From Candidatus Eiseniibacteriota bacterium (GTDB lineage Bacteria; ARS69): a stretch of DNA of 12,399 bases. Positions 1 to 5,689 of the stretch are shown one piece after another. Where the stretch lies: assembly GCA_052390515.1 (NCBI GenBank), contig JBQTGV010000061.1, forward strand, positions 1-12,399. Direction: 5' to 3'. The position numbers and the translations under genes are program-made. Position 1 is the stretch's first letter. Each line of letters begins with the position of its first letter. Under the pieces are notes generated by a model. It did not search any database. It was not told the DNA's origin and saw nothing but the letters and a program-made list of their open reading frames with translations.

Positions 1-6
1 CTCGCT

Positions 7-56
7 TCGTGGCCGCCGGCCTCCGCCGTCCGTGGCTCCGGACACGGCGGCTACGA
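7..56. repeat. GC-rich imperfect inverted repeat / hairpin downstream of the HTH-TPR gene (REP-like element or terminator stem)
   Basis: TCGTGGCCGCCG (7-18) and CGGCGGCTACGA (45-56) are complementary at 11 of 12 positions. An alternative inner stem pairs CCGCCGT (23-29) with ACGGCGG (44-50). There is no clear U-tract and the element is close to the window edge. Confidence 0.3.
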
Positions 57-93
57 CGCTCGGCCATCTGATCATTTCTTTCGAGACGGAACA

Positions 94-858
94 CTAGCGA
101 ATCCCCAGATCCCGCCGCAGCCTCTCCGCCCACGGGCTCGAGGGATCCTGCTGCAGGTACCGGTTGGCGTGCAGCCGCGCGTCGCCGTAGCGGCCGCTGG
201 CTGCGTAGGCCTCCGCCAGGTTGTAGTGCGGATCGGCCCAGCCCGGCGCGAGCAGCAGGGCGCGCTCCGCCGCGCGGATCGCCTCGTCCCATCGCCCCGC
301 GTCGGCGTAGGCCCCGCCGAGGTTGTTCCAGGCCTCGACGTACTCCGCGTCGATCTCGACGGCCATCTCGAAGCGGTCGATGGCCTCGTCCAGCCGGCCC
401 AGCGCGTACAGCGCGTTGCCCAGGTTGAAGGCGATCTCCGCGTCCGGCCCGAAGTCCAGCAGCGCCTGCTCGTAGGCGAGCACGGCACCCTCCAGATCGT
501 CCTCCTCCTCCAGCTCGACGGCGCGCTCGAAGGCGTCGGCCACGGGAACGACGGGCCGGTCGCGGAAGCCTTCGATGACGCGCAGCGCCGGCCGCGCGGG
601 CGCCGCGGCGGCCGCAGCCGGCCGCGCGCCGAGATCGAGGCGAAGCTGCCCGGTCCGCTCGGCGAGGCCCGTCTCGGTGAGCTCATGGAGCTTTTTGAGC
701 TCCGCCATCTGCCGGAAGTCGAAGTACTCCAGGCGGCGCTCGATACGCGCCGGGCGGATCAGCCCGCGGCGGACCCAGCCGCGGATCCGTGGAACCGGAA
801 TCTTGAGGATGCGGCCCAGCTGCGCAACAGTATAGAAACGCTCCACGTTCGGATCCAC
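94..858 (-). CDS. MerR-like helix-turn-helix + tetratricopeptide repeat protein (254 aa), third gene of the ku-ligase unit
   Basis: The N-terminus FYTVAQLGRILKIPVPRIRGWVRRGLIRP...YFDFRQMAELKKL fits a MerR-type winged HTH. An Ala/Pro linker follows, then about 4 TPRs (AFNLGNALYALGRLDEAIDRFEMAVEIDAEY; AWNNLGGAYADAGRWDEAIRAAERALLLAPGW; PHYNLAEAYAASGRYGDARLHANRYLQQDP). GTG start preceded by purine-rich GGAAGGGG, 30 nt after the ligase stop. Confidence 0.88.
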   Translation of the reverse strand: MDPNVERFYTVAQLGRILKIPVPRIRGWVRRGLIRPARIERRLEYFDFRQMAELKKLHELTETGLAERTGQLRLDLGARPAAAAAAPARPALRVIEGFRDRPVVPVADAFERAVELEEEDDLEGAVLAYEQALLDFGPDAEIAFNLGNALYALGRLDEAIDRFEMAVEIDAEYVEAWNNLGGAYADAGRWDEAIRAAERALLLAPGWADPHYNLAEAYAASGRYGDARLHANRYLQQDPSSPWAERLRRDLGIR

Positions 859-888
859 ACCCGCCCCCTTCCCGACGACGCCGTCATT

Positions 889-1791
889 CTACTCCTCGAT
901 GAGCTCCACGAAAACAGGCGCGCGCAGTTCCCCGGCCTCGGTCCGCTCCAGGAACTCGACGGTGCAGTAGAGGCCCGGCTCCACCCACGTGGCCTCGACC
1001 GGGGCGGGGAGGAACGGCTCCGCCCGCAGGTGACGCCGCAGCACCGTGTGCACCTCAGCGCGCTTCGCGTCGTTCCAGCCGCTGCCGACGCGCCCGGCGT
1101 AGTGCAGCGTCCCTCCGTCCTCGGCGGCGATGACCAGGCTGCGCAGATCCCCGCCTTCCGCGATGAACCCGAGCACCGCGCAGTACATGCGCTGGGTCCG
1201 CTTGATCTTGACCCAGGCGTCGGTCCGCTTGCCGGGGAGATAGGGGCTGGTGAGGCGCTTGGCCACGACGCCCTCGAGCTCCCGCTTCACCGCCTCCTCG
1301 AAGAAGGTCGCTCCGTCGCCGACCACGCCGTCGGAGCGGATCAGCCGCGGATCCGGGTGCGGGGCGAGCAGCTCGTGGAGCGCCTCCCGCCGCTCCGAGA
1401 GTGGCCGGCGCATCATCGACTTGCCGTCCCGCATCAGCAGGTCGAACGCGACGTACGCCGCCGGGAGCTGTTTCATGAGCGCCTGCACCCGGCGCGGCTC
1501 CTGGGCCTGCTCGCGCTGCAGCATGGCGGCGAAGGTGGGGCGCCCCTTCTCGAGAATGACGATCTCACCGTCCAGCACGGTGCCGCCGGGCAGGCCGGCC
1601 AGGAACTCGAGCTCGGGATAGGCGTCCTTCCGGGAGCGGCGCTTTCTGTTCAGCAGGCGGTAGCTGCCGTCCTCCACGAACGCCAGCGCCCTCGTCCCGT
1701 CCCACTTGATCTCGAAGACGTGCTCGTCGGATGCGAAGGGCTTGCCGATCTTCGCCAGCATCGGTTCGATGAAGGCCGGCAGCTTGGCCAT
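889..1791 (-). CDS. Stand-alone ATP-dependent DNA ligase of the LigD-ligase/LigC type (nucleotidyltransferase + OB domain, 300 aa)
   Basis: Motif I EIKWDG (adenylated Lys29 at 1705-1707), III LDGEIV, IIIa YVAFDLL, IV LEGVVAKR, V WVKIK. OB-domain signatures YAGRVGSG, WVEP and VEFLERT..GELRAPVF. GGGAGG upstream at 1804-1809. Confidence 0.93.
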   Translation of the reverse strand: MAKLPAFIEPMLAKIGKPFASDEHVFEIKWDGTRALAFVEDGSYRLLNRKRRSRKDAYPELEFLAGLPGGTVLDGEIVILEKGRPTFAAMLQREQAQEPRRVQALMKQLPAAYVAFDLLMRDGKSMMRRPLSERREALHELLAPHPDPRLIRSDGVVGDGATFFEEAVKRELEGVVAKRLTSPYLPGKRTDAWVKIKRTQRMYCAVLGFIAEGGDLRSLVIAAEDGGTLHYAGRVGSGWNDAKRAEVHTVLRRHLRAEPFLPAPVEATWVEPGLYCTVEFLERTEAGELRAPVFVELIEE

Positions 1792-1870
1792 GGCTCAGCC
1801 CGCCCTCCCGCGATGCCCGGTCTCGCTGCCAAGGCAGGGTGGCTGCGACTGGAACCGGCTCGCGAAGCGG

Positions 1871-2761
1871 CTACCCGGCCTTCCGCTTGCGCTTCGCTGC
1901 CGCGTCGGTGCTCGGCGCGAGCTTGGCCTTCGCCGTCTTCTTCTTGTCCGGCTTCGCCGCCGAGGCCGCCGGCACTCCGCTCCGCGCCGACTCGACGCTC
2001 GCCTTGAGCGCTTCCATCAGGTTGATGATCTTCGGCTCCTCGGGCTCGGGTGCCGCGATGATCTCCTCGCCCTCGATCTTCGCCTCGATGAGCTTGTGCA
2101 TCTGCTCGACGTAGTTGTCGGAGAACTGCGAGAAGTCCAGCTCGGTGATCCGCGACGCGTCGATCAGCGTCTTGGTGAGCGCGACTTCCTCCTTGGTCAC
2201 CTTCGTCTCCTTGACCTCGTCGGCGAAGTCCGCGGCGCGGCGCACCTTCTCGTGATAGGTGAGCACGGTCATGGCCAGCGTGTCCTCCACCGGGCGGACG
2301 ACCACCATGTGCTCTCGGGAGGAGAGGATGGCGGAGGCCAGCGCGTAGAGACCCTCGGCGCGCATCGCGTCACGCAGGAGCTGGTAGGGCTTGTTTCCTG
2401 CGGGTCCGTCGGGCACGAAGTAATACGTGCTTCCGGAGAAGTAGATGGGGTCGAGGGCGTCCTGCCGGATGAAGCCCTTGATCTCCACCGTCTTGTCGCT
2501 CTCCTTGCGGAGCTTTTGCACTTCCTCCGGCTCGACGAGCACGTACTGGTCCTTGGTGTACTCGTAGCCCTTGACGATGTCCTCACCGGCGACCTCGCCG
2601 TGCTCCGGACAGACCTTCTGGTACTTGATGCGCTGGTTGCAGTCCTTGTGGAGCTGATTCAGCCGGATCTCCTGCGACGAGATCGAGGCGGTGTAGCCGC
2701 GGACGGGCACCGACACGAGGCTCAGTCGGAGGAATCCCTTGAACGTCGGTCGCGGGGCCAT
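1871..2761 (-). CDS. ku: Prokaryotic Ku DNA end-binding protein (NHEJ), 296 aa
   Basis: Typical Ku core: FKGFLRLSLVSVPV, IRLNQLHKDCNQRIKYQKVCPEH, IVKGYEYTKDQYVLV, DPIYFSGSTYYFVP, YQLLRDAM. Conserved C-terminal helix KIINLMEALKAS and a Lys/Ala-rich basic tail. Shine-Dalgarno GGGAGG 6 nt before the ATG (2768-2773). Confidence 0.96.
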   Translation of the reverse strand: MAPRPTFKGFLRLSLVSVPVRGYTASISSQEIRLNQLHKDCNQRIKYQKVCPEHGEVAGEDIVKGYEYTKDQYVLVEPEEVQKLRKESDKTVEIKGFIRQDALDPIYFSGSTYYFVPDGPAGNKPYQLLRDAMRAEGLYALASAILSSREHMVVVRPVEDTLAMTVLTYHEKVRRAADFADEVKETKVTKEEVALTKTLIDASRITELDFSQFSDNYVEQMHKLIEAKIEGEEIIAAPEPEEPKIINLMEALKASVESARSGVPAASAAKPDKKKTAKAKLAPSTDAAAKRKRKAG

Positions 2762-2825
2762 ACCGATCCTCCCGAGAAGCGCGAGCGCGGACGGAACGCG
2801 AGTATCGTATCATACCCACTTCGCC
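2762..2825. promoter_or_regulatory. 64-bp divergent intergenic region between ku and ligD with overlapping -10-like hexamers
   Basis: The AT-rich patch GTATCGTATCATAC (2802-2815) reads TATCAT (2808-2813) on + and TATGAT (2814-2809) on -. The ku RBS is at 2768-2773. No convincing -35 elements were seen. Confidence 0.45.
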
Positions 2826-4865
2826 ATGACCGAGAAGGACTGGTCCCTCGAAACCTACCGCGCGAAGCGGGACTTCCGGAAGACGCCGGAGCCGGCTCCG
2901 AGCCGCCCGAAGGCGCCCGCGCCGGCGCGCGCCACCGAGGGTCCGTTCGTGATCCACCGTCACGAGGCTCGCAACCTCCACTACGACCTTCGCCTGGAAA
3001 TGGAGGGAGTGCTCAAGTCCTGGGCCGTCCCCAAGGGATTCTCCTGGGTGCCGGAGCACAAGCACCTCGCCGTCAGGACGGAGGACCACCCGATCGAGTA
3101 TCTCGAGTTCGACGGCGTGATCCCGAAGGGCCAGTACGGCGCGGGCACGATGACGATCTGGGACCGCGGGATCTTCCGGATCATGGGCGAGGGCGACGGG
3201 CTCGAAGGGCTGGAGAGCGGCAAGCTCGAGGTGGAGCTCTCCGGCGGGCGGCTGCGCGGCCAGTGGCACATGATCCGCCTGGCCAAGAGCGACAAGGACT
3301 GGCTGCTCTTCAAGTACCGGGACCGCTACGCGCGCGCCGAGGGCGAGGCGGAGTTCCCGCTCGATCTGTCGCGGGCGGCGCCGTCGACACTCCCGGCGCG
3401 GGCGAAGGCCATGCGCCCGGCCGCCACCCGCGAGCCCTTCTCCGATGCCACCTGGGCGTTCGAGCTGGACTTCGCCGGAGCGCGGCTGCTCGCGACGGTC
3501 GACGACGACACCGTGCGGTTCGCGGGAGCGGACGGGGCGAAGTTCGAGCTGCCGCTTCCCGAGATCGAGCTGGCACTGCGCAGCCTCCGTGCGCGACGGG
3601 CCCTGCTCGACGGCGTGCTCGTGGCCGCGGGCGAGAGCGACCGGCCGGACGCAGAGCTGCTCCGCGCGAAGCTCGCCGCGGGGGAGACCGCCGAGCTGCG
3701 CTACTACGCGTTCGATCTGCTGCATTACGAGGACTGGTCGCTCACCGCGTTCCCCTTCGAGGAGCGCAAAGCCGCGCTCGCCGCCGTCCTTCCGCCGAGC
3801 GCCAGCGTGCTCTTCGTCGATCACGTCGTGGAGCGCGGCACGGAGCTGGCCCAGGTCGTGGCTCAGGGCGGGCTCGGCGGGATCATCGCCAAGCGTCGCG
3901 GATCGCCTTACGTTGCCGGGCCGTCCGCTGACTGGGTGCGCGTGCCGGTCGAGGCCGGAGCGGCGTCGGGCGCGCCGCCCGTCGTGCGCTCCAAGGTCAA
4001 GTTCTCGAACCGGGACAAGATCTACTGGCCGAAGGAGGGGATCACCAAGGGTCAGCTCCTCGACTGGTACGACCGCATGGCCGACGTGATCGTGCCCTAT
4101 CTCCGCGATCGCCCCGTGCACATGCTGCGTTATCCCGACGGCATCGAGGGGAAGTCGTTCTATCACAAGAACGTGACCGGTCGGATCCCGGACTGGGTGC
4201 AGACCGTGCTCATCAAGGAGGAGGGGGGCGAAGAGGTTCGCTACGTCGTCTGCAACGACCGCGACACCCTGCTCCAGCTCGTGAACCTCGGCAGCATCGA
4301 CCTGCACCCGTGGATGTCGCGCACGGACGCTCCCGAGATGCCGGACTACGCCATCATCGACCTGGATCCGTCGGACGACGACTTCTCGAAGCCGGTGCGC
4401 ATCGCGCGGACGATCGGCAAGATCCTCGGCGGATGCGGATTGCGCGCGCGGCTGAAGACGTCGGGGAAGTCCGGCCTGCACATCTACATCCCGCTGGTGC
4501 GGCGCTACACGTACGAGCAGGCCCGCATGTTCTGCGAGGTGGTGGCGCGGATGTCCGTCGTCGAGCACAAGAAGATCGCCACGGTGGAGCGCGTTCCCGC
4601 CAAACGCGGCGACAAGGTGTACGTGGACTTCGGGCAGAACCGCCGCGAGCAGACCGTCGTGCCACCGTACGTCGTCCGCCCCGTGGAGCGCGCCCAGGTC
4701 TCCACGCCCCTCGACTGGGACGAACTGTCGCAGTCCATCCACCCCCGGGACTTCCACATGGGCAACGTCCCCGACCGGCTGGAGCGCCTGGGGGACCTCT
4801 TCCGTGGCGTCCTCTCCGATCTGCAGGAGCTCGAGCCGGCCATCGAGGCGCTGGAGCGCCGCTGA
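2826..4865 (+). CDS. ligD: LigD-like NHEJ protein: 3'-phosphoesterase + degenerate ligase NTase domain + AEP polymerase (679 aa from ATG 2826)
   Basis: PE domain: LETYRAKRDFRKTPEP, FVIHRHEARNLHYDLRLE, LKSWAVPKG, EDHPIEY, GQYGAG, IWDRG. Ligase-like middle domain: FELDFAGAR, LDGVLV, YYAFDLL, GGIIAKR, SPY. Polymerase: FSNRDKIYWP, RYPDGI, LHPW, IIDLDP (4359-4367), KTSGKSGLHIYIP, VYVDFGQN. The ORF track start at 2739 overlaps ku. ATG 2826 matches the usual LigD N-terminus. Confidence 0.93.
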   Translation: MTEKDWSLETYRAKRDFRKTPEPAPSRPKAPAPARATEGPFVIHRHEARNLHYDLRLEMEGVLKSWAVPKGFSWVPEHKHLAVRTEDHPIEYLEFDGVIPKGQYGAGTMTIWDRGIFRIMGEGDGLEGLESGKLEVELSGGRLRGQWHMIRLAKSDKDWLLFKYRDRYARAEGEAEFPLDLSRAAPSTLPARAKAMRPAATREPFSDATWAFELDFAGARLLATVDDDTVRFAGADGAKFELPLPEIELALRSLRARRALLDGVLVAAGESDRPDAELLRAKLAAGETAELRYYAFDLLHYEDWSLTAFPFEERKAALAAVLPPSASVLFVDHVVERGTELAQVVAQGGLGGIIAKRRGSPYVAGPSADWVRVPVEAGAASGAPPVVRSKVKFSNRDKIYWPKEGITKGQLLDWYDRMADVIVPYLRDRPVHMLRYPDGIEGKSFYHKNVTGRIPDWVQTVLIKEEGGEEVRYVVCNDRDTLLQLVNLGSIDLHPWMSRTDAPEMPDYAIIDLDPSDDDFSKPVRIARTIGKILGGCGLRARLKTSGKSGLHIYIPLVRRYTYEQARMFCEVVARMSVVEHKKIATVERVPAKRGDKVYVDFGQNRREQTVVPPYVVRPVERAQVSTPLDWDELSQSIHPRDFHMGNVPDRLERLGDLFRGVLSDLQELEPAIEALERR

Positions 4866-4925
4866 CCGCCAGCCGCCGCCCCACGGAGGCAATGTCCTGG
4901 GACGCTACCCCCGCCGGGCGGCCGC

Positions 4926-4955
4926 TTGAAGCCGGGGGTGAGAATCCTCTACTCT
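4926..4955 (+). promoter_or_regulatory. Putative sigma70-type promoter for the secreted-protein genes
   Basis: TTGAAG (4926-4931), an 18-nt spacer and TACTCT (4950-4955), ending 26 nt upstream of the proposed TTG start at 4982. It overlaps a 7-bp inverted repeat, ACCCCCG (4907-4913) / CGGGGGT (4933-4939). Confidence 0.35.
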
Positions 4956-4981
4956 CGGTCGGTTCCCGTCCGGGGGTCCGG

Positions 4982-5644
4982 TTGAAAGCCGCCGTCATTC
5001 TGATCTCTCTCCTCGCCGCGGCCCGAGCCGAAGCCGCCGCAGTGTCCGCCGTCGTCCTCGACGTGACCCCCTGGCGGTCGGCCCTCCGCTCCACGCTTCG
5101 CCTGGAGGCGAGCGGCCGCGTCGAGCGCTGGGACTTCGCCGCGGGTCACGTGCGCAGCGTGGGAGTGGCCGTGCTGGCCGAGGAGGAGACCCGCCGGCTC
5201 TTCGCTCTGGCGAAGGACGTGCCGCTCGCAGCCGAGACCGGCGACCGCGACGGCGACGTGCTGCTGCTCGCCCGGAACGGCGACGTCGCCGTGTACCGTG
5301 AGCCGGAGGCTCCTGCCGCGCTCGAAACCTTGAGGAGCGAGCTGTCCGCCGCCACCGCGAATGCCGCGGCACCGCTCGAAGGTGGCAGCTGGGTGCGCGT
5401 GGAGCCGGTCGCGGCGGAGCGGGAGCAGGCGCTTCGAGCCGCCGGCATCGAGGCCATCCCGCTGGACACCTTCGCGCCGGAAGGCCGTGAGGCTCTCGAG
5501 AGCGCGGCCGTGGAGCCGTGGTCCTTCGTTCCGCTCACGGATCCCGCGCTCGGCGATGTGGTCGAGCACACCGACTGCGACGAGTTCTACGTCGTCCTGG
5601 CGGATTCCCGTTGGACCCAGGCCACCCTGTGGGATTCACCTTGA
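4982..5644 (+). CDS. Hypothetical secreted protein (~220 aa)
   Basis: This is the 3' part of track ORF 4310..5644, whose 5' part is an off-frame overlap with ligD. From TTG 4982, MKAAVILISLLAAARAEAAA reads as a Sec signal peptide with an AxA site, followed by globular-looking sequence with GC-rich third positions. An alternative in-frame ATG lies at 4892. Confidence 0.65.
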   Translation: MKAAVILISLLAAARAEAAAVSAVVLDVTPWRSALRSTLRLEASGRVERWDFAAGHVRSVGVAVLAEEETRRLFALAKDVPLAAETGDRDGDVLLLARNGDVAVYREPEAPAALETLRSELSAATANAAAPLEGGSWVRVEPVAAEREQALRAAGIEAIPLDTFAPEGREALESAAVEPWSFVPLTDPALGDVVEHTDCDEFYVVLADSRWTQATLWDSP

Positions 5645-5689
5645 TCTCCTGATCCGAGCCCGACACCCCGTTCCCCCGCGAGGCGTCTC

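Noticed and set aside
1-75. Possible start of a further minus-strand gene (ATG at 67 or 75)
   Set aside because: At most 25 codons are visible, with no clear RBS or recognisable motif, so it cannot be supported from this window.
1871-2761. Ku as a phage Mu Gam-like or prophage gene
   Set aside because: It has the full cellular Ku signature and ligD context, and there are no phage, integrase or transposase genes in the window.
2739-2825. 29-aa N-terminal extension of LigD from TTG 2739
   Set aside because: It overlaps the ku start and RBS on the opposite strand, and LigD similarity begins only after ATG 2826.
169-3931. Long + strand ORFs 169..2007 and 1706..3931
   Set aside because: They are antisense or off-frame shadows of the TPR, ligase, ku and ligD genes. 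Stop codons are scarce in high-GC DNA and the translations have no recognisable motifs.
2583-4892. 769-aa minus-strand ORF
   Set aside because: Antisense mirror of ligD with no domain signatures.
4310-4981. 5' part of the 444-aa ORF 4310..5644
   Set aside because: It overlaps the ligD polymerase region out of frame and is Arg-rich noise. The signal peptide and promoter-like element point to a start near 4982.
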